IMG/VR virus record: IMGVR_UViG_2974779332_000001
Location: 1-64,000 of that record
From: a virus
Lineage: Duplodnaviria; Caudoviricetes
Strand: one strand, 5' to 3'
Length of the DNA stretch: 64,000 nucleotides
Positions within the stretch are counted from its first letter, which is position 1. Each line of letters starts with the position of its first letter. The translations under genes and the position numbers were made by a program. Of the stretch, positions 25,137 to 34,109 are shown piece after piece. Under the pieces are notes generated by a model, which was given only the letters and a program-made list of their open reading frames with translations, did no database searches and was not told the origin of the DNA.

Positions 25137-26706
25137 TCGAGTTGTAGAGGCCGAGCCAGAAGATGAGCGAGTAATCGAAGTTTCTCTGGGCAATGAATAT
25201 AGTCGTGACATTGGTCACGACCCCGACCCATTTGCCAAGTCAGCCGATGAGCTGAACAAGAGCTTGGATGGCCTATCCCGTTCCTTCAAGATTCGCACCA
25301 CGAAGTCTTTGCAGAAGTTTTATCGTGGTGTAGATGGCGCTGCCTCAAAGAAGGAAGAAAGCCAGGAGGTCACGGGATACAATGCCTTCCAGGTAATGCT
25401 TCCTCCGTACAATCTCGATTATCTGGCTAAGCTTTACGAGGTTTCATCACCTCACTACGCAGCAGTTAAGGCCAAGGTTTCCAACATTGTTGGTCTAGGC
25501 TATGACCTTGTAGAGACACCAGCAGCCAAGCGTAAGCTTGATGAAATTGATGGTGAGGACAAGGTTAAGAAGGCCCGGAAGAAGATTGCAGTTGAGAAGG
25601 AAAGAATCATGGATTGGATTACTTCCTGCAATGAAGAAGACGACTTCATGGAAACCCTTATCAAGGTATGGACCGATTACGAGGTAACTGGAAATGGATA
25701 CCTTGAGGTAGGTCGAACCAGCAATGGTGAAATCGGCTACCTTGGACATGTACCAAGCACAACAATGAGAATCAGGCAGCGCAGAGATGGATTTGTTCAA
25801 ATCATTTCCAATAAGGCTGTATTCTTCCGAAACTTCGGAGACAAGGAAACAACGGACCCGGTAGGAAATGACCCAAGACCAAATGAAGTCATCCACATCA
25901 AGAAGTATGCTCCGAGCAATGGATATTACGGAATCCCTGACATCGTGGCAGCTAAGGCTGCTGTCGCAGGTAATGAGTTCGCTACCAGATTCAACTTGGA
26001 CTACTTCGAGAACAAGGCTGTTCCTAGGTATGTCATTGTCATCAAGGGAGGAAAGCTCAGCCCAGCAGCAGAGCGACGAATCACTGAGTTCTTCCAGACT
26101 TCCCTAAAGGGTAAGAATCACAGAACCCTGTATGTTCCTCTGCCACCAGATGAGCAGGACCGTAAGACGAGCTTTGAAATGAAGCCAGTTGAGGCCGGTA
26201 CCCAGGACAGCTCATTCAACAATTACCGTAAGGGAAACCTGAATGACATCCTCATGGCACACCGAGTTCCAATTACAAAGGTTGGCCTTGCAGAAGGAGC
26301 CAGTCTAGCAGTCGCAAGAGACGCAGACAAGACCTTCAAGGAACAGGTTTGCCGTCCAGAACAGACCATTTTTGAAAATAAGCTCAACAAGATTATGAAG
26401 GAAGTCAGCGATGTATTCCTTATTCATCTAAATGAGCTATCACTCACCGACGAAGACACTCAGAGCAAGATTGACGAGCGTGCTATTCGTAACCAGTGGA
26501 CGACTCCTAACGAGATTCGTGCTCGTGGTGGTAGGCCAGGTCTTCCAGGAGGTGACAAGATTGTCGAGCAGAAGCCGCAGCAGAAGGCCGAGGCAAACGC
26601 TCAGACAAATCAGACAAGGGCTCGTGACGCAGAGCGTTCAGCGAATTCTTCTGATACGTCAGGAGAGGCCCGGCAGCCGAAGGGTGAAGGAAGAGCAACA
26701 GCATGA
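25126..26706 (+). CDS. Portal protein
   Basis: TGNGYLEV, NEVIHIK..YYGIPD, YFENKAVP and TPNEIRAR..PGLPGGD motifs. Confidence 0.9.
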   Translation: MTSNRVVEAEPEDERVIEVSLGNEYSRDIGHDPDPFAKSADELNKSLDGLSRSFKIRTTKSLQKFYRGVDGAASKKEESQEVTGYNAFQVMLPPYNLDYLAKLYEVSSPHYAAVKAKVSNIVGLGYDLVETPAAKRKLDEIDGEDKVKKARKKIAVEKERIMDWITSCNEEDDFMETLIKVWTDYEVTGNGYLEVGRTSNGEIGYLGHVPSTTMRIRQRRDGFVQIISNKAVFFRNFGDKETTDPVGNDPRPNEVIHIKKYAPSNGYYGIPDIVAAKAAVAGNEFATRFNLDYFENKAVPRYVIVIKGGKLSPAAERRITEFFQTSLKGKNHRTLYVPLPPDEQDRKTSFEMKPVEAGTQDSSFNNYRKGNLNDILMAHRVPITKVGLAEGASLAVARDADKTFKEQVCRPEQTIFENKLNKIMKEVSDVFLIHLNELSLTDEDTQSKIDERAIRNQWTTPNEIRARGGRPGLPGGDKIVEQKPQQKAEANAQTNQTRARDAERSANSSDTSGEARQPKGEGRATA

Positions 26707-27164
26707 ACAAGCTTTGGGAAAAGACTGACCAGATAGCACGAGGACTAAGGAAGCCAATCAATACCGCTGCAATCTCCATCATGGGTGTTTATACATTCGT
26801 GTGGGGATTGTGGCTGGCTCTCCCATGGGACACGTTTATGCGTAGCCCAATCTATGACAGCATGAGCAATCTTGCCCCGGAACTAGTATGGGGAATTGCA
26901 GCAATGGTCATAGGGGTTCTCATGCTATGGGGTGTAGTCAAAATGGGATATGGTGCTCTGCACAGAGGAGCACTCGCAGGTTTCTACTACTGGCTTGTCA
27001 TCAGTGGATTCTATCTATTTGGTGCCTGGCAGTCAGTGGGATGGATTAATGCATTCATGGTCGCCATCTATTGTGCCTTCGTAGCCATCAATCTACGGGT
27101 AAACAAGAAGGTTATCGACCCTAGTTTGCATGATAATAAAGAAGTAACTAAGATAAGACCATGA
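26703..27164 (+). CDS. Four-TM membrane protein
   Basis: Four hydrophobic helices. ATGA overlaps on both sides. Confidence 0.75.
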   Translation: MNKLWEKTDQIARGLRKPINTAAISIMGVYTFVWGLWLALPWDTFMRSPIYDSMSNLAPELVWGIAAMVIGVLMLWGVVKMGYGALHRGALAGFYYWLVISGFYLFGAWQSVGWINAFMVAIYCAFVAINLRVNKKVIDPSLHDNKEVTKIRP

Positions 27165-28444
27165 AGATTGAGAAGGCATCCTGGCATGCCGACGAACATA
27201 ATGTTCGTTTGACAATGCCAATTGCAAAGTATGATGTGGAGAAGCGTCAGGTTAGTGGTTTTGCTACTCTTGACAACTTCGACTCTCATGGTGACATTGT
27301 TCTAGCAGAAGCTTCACAGAAGGCTTTTGCTCGTTTCCGTGGAAACATCCGTGAGATGCATCAGCCTATTGCAGTGGGAAAGCTGGTTGACTTCCGAGAG
27401 GAAGAGTTCTTTGACTCAACAACCCAGAAGTTTTTCCGTGGCATTTTCGCAACAGCGTATGTCTCAAAGGGTGCTCAGGACACATGGGAAAAGGTACTTG
27501 ACGGTACTCTAAGCGGTTTTAGTATCGGCGGTAGCATCATTGACTCTGACACTGAGTGGAATAAGGATGCCCAGACAAACGTACGATTCATTAAGGACTA
27601 CGAACTCATCGAACTGTCCCTTGTTGATAATCCGGCCAATCAGCTTGCTAACATTTTCAGCATTGAAAAGGTGGCTGGTGGCGACAAGGTAATGAAGGGT
27701 ATGGTCGTAGAAACCTCCGTAGAGAATGTCTTCTGGTGTCCAGCAGATGAAATCGCAAAGACTACAACCGAGGAAAGCGCAGACTGTTCCGCTTGCGGAA
27801 AGTCAATGCAAAACATTGGTTGGTTCGAGACAGACAGCAACCGTCAGGAAGCAGTCAAGAATCTCGTACAAGAATTTACTAAGTCTTCTGACAAGGACAC
27901 TGAAAAGGGAGGTGCAGAACAAATGGCAGATGAGCGTAAGGACGACGTTGCGGAGCAGGGTCGAGCCGAATCAGAGACTCCGGTTGAGGAATCAACAACT
28001 GAGAATGCTCCAGAGGTTGAGGCTGATGGAACTGTTGAGTCTGAGGGTGCAGAAACCGCAGCAGAAGTAGATGAGGGCGGCGCAGAGGAGCCAAACTTCG
28101 AGAAGATGCTTGAGCAGGTCCAGGAAACAATTAAGAAGGGCCTAGAGCAGACTCGTGAAGCTACTGCTGAGGAAATTAAGACTATCGAGACCAAGGTTGA
28201 TGAAATCAACAAGGCATTCGATTCAAAGTTTTCTGAGCTAGTCGAAAAGCACGGCGAGCTTAGCAAGAAGTTTGACAGTCTAACCGACCAGCACGAGGAA
28301 GTTGCAAAGCGACTTGACAGTGTTGAGAAGGAGACTGCTATCAAGAAGTCCGGCGACGTTGGCACGTCAAAGGAAGAGACCATTAGCAAGGCTAAGGGCT
28401 CAAAGTGGGGCGGACACTTCCTCAGTGTTTCCGACATCAAGTAA
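27161..28444 (+). CDS. Prohead protease fused to an acidic/coiled-coil scaffold
   Basis: IREMHQ, LSGFSIGG and ELSLVDNPAN motifs. The C-terminal half is acidic coiled coil. Confidence 0.9.
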   Translation: MKIEKASWHADEHNVRLTMPIAKYDVEKRQVSGFATLDNFDSHGDIVLAEASQKAFARFRGNIREMHQPIAVGKLVDFREEEFFDSTTQKFFRGIFATAYVSKGAQDTWEKVLDGTLSGFSIGGSIIDSDTEWNKDAQTNVRFIKDYELIELSLVDNPANQLANIFSIEKVAGGDKVMKGMVVETSVENVFWCPADEIAKTTTEESADCSACGKSMQNIGWFETDSNRQEAVKNLVQEFTKSSDKDTEKGGAEQMADERKDDVAEQGRAESETPVEESTTENAPEVEADGTVESEGAETAAEVDEGGAEEPNFEKMLEQVQETIKKGLEQTREATAEEIKTIETKVDEINKAFDSKFSELVEKHGELSKKFDSLTDQHEEVAKRLDSVEKETAIKKSGDVGTSKEETISKAKGSKWGGHFLSVSDIK

Positions 28445-28475
28445 TCCAAGAAAAGGAAAGAGGTGAACAAACAAC

Positions 28476-29471
28476 ATGAGCGATGAGCTAATTGAAAAGG
28501 TCATTCGTACCACTGAGGTAGCATCTGGTGGCGGTGGTCTGCTAAACGCAGAACAGTCCAACCGCTTTATTGACTACATGTGGGAAGCCACTGTACTCGG
28601 TACCCAGGTTCGAACCATTCGTATGAGAGCTGATACAGTTGACATTGACAAGCTCGGAATTGGTGAGCGTCTAATGAGAGTTGCCACTGAGGCAGTTGAC
28701 GACGGTGTAAACGCCGGAGCAACATTCTCCAAGATTTCTCTTACCACCAAGAAGCTTCGTCTAGACTGGGAAATCTCTAGCGAGTCCCTTGAAGACAACA
28801 TTGAAGGTGACGCACTTGAGGACCACATTGCACGTCTAATGGCAACTCAGGCCGGTAACGACCTTGAGGACGTAGCCATTAACGGTAATACGGCCCTCAC
28901 CACGGACCCTCTACTAAAGGCATTCGATGGATGGCGCAAGCGTGCTCTTGCAGGCGGTCACGTAATTGACCACGGCGGTAACGGTGTAGACCGTTCTGTC
29001 TTCAACAAGGCCCTAAAGGCTATGCCACGTAAGTACATGCAGCGTCGTAACGGTCTTAAGTTCTTCACAGGTTCAAATGTAATTCAGGACTACCTATTCA
29101 GTCTACAGAACACATCTGCTGACTATGTTACCCCAGAGGCTATGGCCGCTGCTGGTATCAACAGTGGAGTTCGTACTGAGGGTCCAGCCGGTTTCACAAC
29201 GGGTAATGCATTTGGTATCCCTGTACAGGAGGTTCCTCTATTCGAGGAGACCCTGAACGGAGACTACTCAGGTGCCGCTGGTAACCACGCAGATGTATGG
29301 CTAACATTCCCTAACAACATGCTATGGGGTGTCAAGCGTGAAATCCAGGTCTTCCGTGAGTTCAAGCCTAAGAAGGACACCACGGAGTACACTATGTACT
29401 GCCGTGTAGGTACTCAGATTGAGAACGCAGACGCATTCGTTGTCGTCAAGAACGTCAAGATTGCCGCCTAA
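28476..29471 (+). CDS. Major capsid protein
   Basis: Follows the protease, has a strong SD and HK97-like signatures (GGLLNAEQ..FI, EISSESLEDNIEG), and is followed by a terminator. Confidence 0.9.
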   Translation: MSDELIEKVIRTTEVASGGGGLLNAEQSNRFIDYMWEATVLGTQVRTIRMRADTVDIDKLGIGERLMRVATEAVDDGVNAGATFSKISLTTKKLRLDWEISSESLEDNIEGDALEDHIARLMATQAGNDLEDVAINGNTALTTDPLLKAFDGWRKRALAGGHVIDHGGNGVDRSVFNKALKAMPRKYMQRRNGLKFFTGSNVIQDYLFSLQNTSADYVTPEAMAAAGINSGVRTEGPAGFTTGNAFGIPVQEVPLFEETLNGDYSGAAGNHADVWLTFPNNMLWGVKREIQVFREFKPKKDTTEYTMYCRVGTQIENADAFVVVKNVKIAA

Positions 29472-29494
29472 TCAATCAGGCACAACTTAATAGC

Positions 29495-29526
29495 GAAAGA
29501 GGGCTTCGGCCCTCTTTCTGCTTTCT
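29495..29526 (+). terminator. Intrinsic terminator
   Basis: GAAAGAGGGC-TTCG-GCCCTCTTTC. Confidence 0.85.
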
Positions 29527-29555
29527 ATGCTACAATCGTTGTATGGAGGATATGA

Positions 29556-29954
29556 ATGAGTTTTGACAAAATGAAGGTCGATGAGCTTAGGCAGATTGCG
29601 GACGACTTCGCAGTTGATATTGACCCCAAGGACAATAAGAGCGTTATTCTTACCAAACTGATGGAGAATGGTGTCACCTGGGACTACTACCAGAAGCAGC
29701 TAGGTGAGGCTGAGGAGGTTCAGGAAGCCCCGGTAGAAAAGCCGGTATTCAATGCGCCAGTAGAATCAGCAGACGAGAATAAGGTTCTTCTTAGAATGAC
29801 CAGGGAGAACGGTACCTTCCAGGTAAGAGGAGTCACGTTCACCAGAGACAATCCTTACGCAATCGTCAAGGAAAGAGACGCAGATTTCATCCTTGAGAAG
29901 TACGAAGGATTCAGGATTGCCTCTCCAAAGGAAGTAAGAGAGTTCTATAGCTGA
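29556..29954 (+). CDS. Hypothetical protein with an N-terminal helix-extension-helix-like motif
   Basis: MKVDELRQIADDFAVDI..NKSVIL. Has its own promoter (TACAAT) and a terminator at 29956-29977. Confidence 0.75.
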   Translation: MSFDKMKVDELRQIADDFAVDIDPKDNKSVILTKLMENGVTWDYYQKQLGEAEEVQEAPVEKPVFNAPVESADENKVLLRMTRENGTFQVRGVTFTRDNPYAIVKERDADFILEKYEGFRIASPKEVREFYS

Positions 29955-30010
29955 CAGAGGCCCTTCGGGGCCTCTTTGCTATTTAAGGCAAAACGATATA
30001 CAATCTGAGC

Positions 30011-30880
30011 ATGGAAATCTACAGAGACACTACAAGCACTGTCATACTGGAACATCCAGTAGCAGGACCACTAACCGCTGATATTTATCGCGGTGATGAG
30101 CTGATTTCCGCTAACCAGTCCGTAACCTCTACCACCGGAAAGCATTCCACAGTATTGGACTGGAATCTCACAGCATATGATGGCCAGCTAAAGATTGTTT
30201 GGAAGAAGACTGGATTCTCACGTACGACGTGGGAAGAGGTAGTCACGCCAATCATTCCTTTGTCAGAGCTAGCAGAGCTGCTTGAAGACGTTTCTGATGA
30301 TGACCGCTACGATGCAGAGTCAGTAGTCAGAAGAATTATTGAAGCATACACAGGACAGTCATTCGGAAAGTTTACCGGAACTGAGATGGTCAATGGAAAT
30401 GACAGCACTCAGCTAGCCCTTCCAAGGCCACTCCTGTCTTTTACAGATATGTCAGACGACATGTTCGTCTTCGACGTTAACTCCTTTATCACACGAGGAC
30501 AGGGCTGGTTTCTAGCAGGTCGTCCAGGAGCCTATTGGACTATCAAGGACGCTCCGCCAGAGGATGTGCTAGATGACTTCAACAATGTTATCTACGCGCC
30601 CGGCACGATAAAGAAGCGTGACTTCTCATACACCAGCGTCTATACCATTACAGGAGACTGGGGATATGAAACAGTTCCTTATCCAGTAATTCAGGCAGCA
30701 AGACTTCTTATCTCTGATTACGCTTGCCAAGACAGCTCATACCGAGACAGATATCTACAATCAATCAAGGCGGCGGACTGGAGACTACAATTTACCCAGG
30801 CAGCATATGATGGAACTGGAAATCTAAAGGCAGACCAGCTTCTGAATGATTACAAGCTAAGTAATCTGGCGGTAATATGA
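30011..30880 (+). CDS. Head-to-tail adaptor
   Basis: IIEAYTGQSF and ITGDWGY..VPYPVIQAARLL, plus gene position. Confidence 0.75.
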   Translation: MEIYRDTTSTVILEHPVAGPLTADIYRGDELISANQSVTSTTGKHSTVLDWNLTAYDGQLKIVWKKTGFSRTTWEEVVTPIIPLSELAELLEDVSDDDRYDAESVVRRIIEAYTGQSFGKFTGTEMVNGNDSTQLALPRPLLSFTDMSDDMFVFDVNSFITRGQGWFLAGRPGAYWTIKDAPPEDVLDDFNNVIYAPGTIKKRDFSYTSVYTITGDWGYETVPYPVIQAARLLISDYACQDSSYRDRYLQSIKAADWRLQFTQAAYDGTGNLKADQLLNDYKLSNLAVI

Positions 30881-31365
30881 GTTGCCTTCTTTCTTCTCGC
30901 TTTAACATGCGAGCCACAGTTCTTCGTCAGGTTGGAACCAATCCACAGGAAAATCCCGGTGGTCATTGGACAACACAGCAGGACCCAGAAACAGGAGATA
31001 TCATCCGTGTATGGGTTCCAGACGAAGATGCTGATGAACCTGGCGACCAGACCCTTGTTATCAAATGCATGGTTCGTGGTGTAACGAATGGAGGAATCCG
31101 AGTAGCAGGAACAACCCAGCGATACTCAGAAGTTTATGAGAATATCGACTGGGCTACTTTGGTTTTCCCTAGAAGCGTTACTCTCTCAAAGAGAGACAGA
31201 ATCACCAATGTATCAAATGGTAAGGGTGAGATAATCTGGCGCGAAGAAGAAATCGAAGGCTCTCCACCAACTGTATTCCTTGTCATGGGTGTAACTCCAG
31301 TGGTTGACCCATTCGGAAACCATGTCGAAAATACAGCTCTGATTCAGAGGGCGCAGGTTCAATAA
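30877..31365 (+). CDS. Putative head closure/stopper protein
   Basis: Position and size. Confidence 0.6.
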   Translation: MSCLLSSRFNMRATVLRQVGTNPQENPGGHWTTQQDPETGDIIRVWVPDEDADEPGDQTLVIKCMVRGVTNGGIRVAGTTQRYSEVYENIDWATLVFPRSVTLSKRDRITNVSNGKGEIIWREEEIEGSPPTVFLVMGVTPVVDPFGNHVENTALIQRAQVQ

Positions 31366-32165
31366 TGGCTACGGCTAAGGGAAAGGCGTTTCTTGCTGTA
31401 AACGCTGATACGGTTGAAGCATCTGCTCTGGCAGGCTTTCTGACAACATTGTCTACACAAGTAAAGACTGATGCCAATATGGGAGCAGTTCTCAATTACA
31501 CTCACGATAAGTTGTCTCAGAGATTTGACGCCTATATGTCAGCAGTTGCCCCAGCCTCACCGAATACATTTCATCACGTATATGACTGGGGACACATTGG
31601 TGCTCCGCAGTATCAGCTATGGAAGAATGTACTAAGAGGGCGCGGCAGTGAAAGGTATGCATCCTTTGAATTCCGAGCCTCTGTATTGCCAGTACCCTTG
31701 CCAGAAGGGGACAAGGTTCCATTCAAGCGAGTCCATAGATTCATCTACAAGGCGATGATTATGGAATACAATATTGGAGTAACCATCAAGCCAAAGCGTG
31801 CAAAGATTCTAGCATTCCCAGTAGACGACAGAATCATTTTCACGAGAGGCCCAGTATTCGTACAGAATCCTGGAGGCTCAGCTACAACTGGAGCATTTAC
31901 AGCAGCATGGACCAATTGGTGGACAGGCCCAGGAGCCTCACAGGCGTTCGATGAGGGAATTAGAAGAACACTTGAGGGAGACTTCGCCGAAAGAAATATG
32001 GCAAAGTTCATGAGGCGATTCAAGGTCGCCCGGCGCAAAACAGGAAGAATCTCTGTTGCTGACAGCAGAGCCAGTTTTGAGAATGGTGCTCGTCTAGCAG
32101 AAGAATTCCTACAGGAAAGACTAAGAAAGAATGTAGCAAGAAGGAGAGGAAATGCCGAACTATAA
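31365..32165 (+). CDS. Putative neck/tail-completion protein
   Basis: Position, basic C-terminus. Confidence 0.55.
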   Translation: MATAKGKAFLAVNADTVEASALAGFLTTLSTQVKTDANMGAVLNYTHDKLSQRFDAYMSAVAPASPNTFHHVYDWGHIGAPQYQLWKNVLRGRGSERYASFEFRASVLPVPLPEGDKVPFKRVHRFIYKAMIMEYNIGVTIKPKRAKILAFPVDDRIIFTRGPVFVQNPGGSATTGAFTAAWTNWWTGPGASQAFDEGIRRTLEGDFAERNMAKFMRRFKVARRKTGRISVADSRASFENGARLAEEFLQERLRKNVARRRGNAEL

Positions 32166-32658
32166 ACTAACAGGGTCACATGCGGTTAACGCATTCACAC
32201 AGGCCAAGCTTGTAGAAGCTGGCATTATCAACATGAATGATTACAAGATGTTGACTCCTATCATCCCAGCACAACAGCAGCCAGAATTCACTAACTTGGC
32301 CAAGGGAATCCCGTTCATCGTTTACAACTATGCACAGGAAGGCACCTACGAAGATTGGTGGCTTGAGCACGAGCAACTTGCGTACGTGGTATATACCGAT
32401 GACGCAAATAAAATCAGAGACATTATTCACTATCTCAATCAGCTCTACAGAAGATATGACTGGTCAGCAGATGAGGTAAACGACTGGCTTCGTGCAAATG
32501 GCACAGCAAACCAGAAGGCATTTGAGATGAAGTACATCCGAGTAGTAAACGCAACAAGTATCGAACCGGCAACAGAAGAGGGCGGAAGGCATTCAGCAAT
32601 GATTGTTCTTAACGTATGCTTCACTGGCAGTCTAGATAATGACGGTATGAGAGTCTAG
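32152..32658 (+). CDS. Putative tail terminator
   Basis: PFIVY motif, immediately upstream of the major tail gene. Confidence 0.6.
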   Translation: MPNYKLTGSHAVNAFTQAKLVEAGIINMNDYKMLTPIIPAQQQPEFTNLAKGIPFIVYNYAQEGTYEDWWLEHEQLAYVVYTDDANKIRDIIHYLNQLYRRYDWSADEVNDWLRANGTANQKAFEMKYIRVVNATSIEPATEEGGRHSAMIVLNVCFTGSLDNDGMRV

Positions 32659-32749
32659 TTTGCTTCATAACCTCGGAGCCATTAACATAATCTTGAGGAA
32701 GTGCTCTAGCCAAGCAACACTTTTTCAAGAAAAGAGGTGAAAAGCAAAC

Positions 32750-33373
32750 ATGGCATATCAGGTAAAGAACATCATTATTGGTGCAGCAGCGGTTTACCTT
32801 TCTGCTGAGGACTCAACAGAATGGACCAGCGCGCCAGTCCTTCCAACCGTTTCCGGAACTAACAGCATGACGCCTGCCCTAGATGGTAGCGCTGACTGGA
32901 AGCACTCTGGATTTACGTCCGAAGGTGTCGAGGTTTCTTACGAGCCAGACTACGGCGAGGTAGAAGTTGACCAGCTTCTTGACTCTGCGAAGCTATTCAA
33001 GCAGTCCATGAGAGTTATGGTTAACACCACATTCTCTGAGGCTACCCTTGAGAATCTTCTCATTGTTTGGGGTCAGCAGAACAGCAGCTTCTCAACTGAC
33101 GCTACTTCTGAGACTCTGGCGATTTCCGCTGGTGCACTTGGAGACGAGCCAACTGAGCGTTCCGTAGCATTTGTCGGCCCTGCACCACGTGCAGACGCCG
33201 GTACGAAGAGAGAGCGTGTATACCACGTAAGACGTGCTCTATCAATTGAGTCTTCTTCTCACTCACTGAGGAGAAATGAGGCAACGGTATTCCCAGTCTC
33301 ATTCCGACTTCTTCCAGACCCAAGCTTCTCTGGTCAGGAATACGGTGTGATTAAGGACAGGAACATCGCCTAA
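32750..33373 (+). CDS. Major tail (tube) protein
   Basis: NIIIGAA and GFTSEGVEVSYEP..VEVDQ. Strong SD, terminator at 33392-33411. Confidence 0.85.
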   Translation: MAYQVKNIIIGAAAVYLSAEDSTEWTSAPVLPTVSGTNSMTPALDGSADWKHSGFTSEGVEVSYEPDYGEVEVDQLLDSAKLFKQSMRVMVNTTFSEATLENLLIVWGQQNSSFSTDATSETLAISAGALGDEPTERSVAFVGPAPRADAGTKRERVYHVRRALSIESSSHSLRRNEATVFPVSFRLLPDPSFSGQEYGVIKDRNIA

Positions 33374-33469
33374 TCCAAGACGTTTAGCGTTAGCCCCCGA
33401 AAGGGGGCTTTCGCATTTTGGATTGTGACAAAGCGTTGATATAATGATTTCAAACACATAGGAGGAAAT

Positions 33470-33811
33470 GTGGCAACAAGCGTATACACAGTCGAAGAGA
33501 TTGTGCTACAGGACGGTAATGAGGTGACACTCAAGCCGCTAAACATTAAGAATCTTCGTAAGTTCATGAAGAAGTTCAAGGAACTAGATGGACTTAAGGA
33601 TGACGACCAGGTAGTTGACTTCCTAATTGAGGTAGGACAGCTATGTCTCTCATCTCTGTACAAGGAGTACGAGGACACCGAGAAGTTTGAGGATGCCGTT
33701 GACATGCCAACAGTCCACAAGATTATTGAAATTTGTGGAGGGGTCAAGCTCAACGACCCGGAACTGATGGCCGCAGCAGCGGCAGCGATGGAACAAGCTG
33801 GGACGAGCTAA
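33470..33811 (+). CDS. Tail assembly chaperone (G-like)
   Basis: Lies between the major tail and tape measure genes. SD AGGAGG, GTG start. Confidence 0.75.
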   Translation: MATSVYTVEEIVLQDGNEVTLKPLNIKNLRKFMKKFKELDGLKDDDQVVDFLIEVGQLCLSSLYKEYEDTEKFEDAVDMPTVHKIIEICGGVKLNDPELMAAAAAAMEQAGTS

Positions 33812-34107
33812 ATCTAGTTAAGCTTGAAGCAGAACTTTTCCTGCTAGGCATTTGGAAGAATTTTGAGGAGATGGAAGAAAACCTCACGTTGGCAGAGCTG
33901 GAAACTCTCCTTGAAGCCAAACGTGATGCAGACTTCCAGCAGAACAAATTTACGGCAGCACTCAAGGGAATTGACCTTGAAGAACCGCAAAGTGATGCAC
34001 CTACCTTTGATGACATCAAGCGCAGAGCAGAAGCCAAGAACAGAGGAGTCTCAACCGAGGTGTTGGAGTTCGCTGAAATTGGCATTGGTATAGAAGGAGA
34101 TGACTGA
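33733..34107 (+). CDS. Tail assembly chaperone (T-like, -1 frame)
   Basis: Overlapping -1 frame ORF with no good start. It ends at the tape measure gene. Confidence 0.6.
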   Translation: MWRGQAQRPGTDGRSSGSDGTSWDELNLVKLEAELFLLGIWKNFEEMEENLTLAELETLLEAKRDADFQQNKFTAALKGIDLEEPQSDAPTFDDIKRRAEAKNRGVSTEVLEFAEIGIGIEGDD

Positions 34108-34109
34108 CA

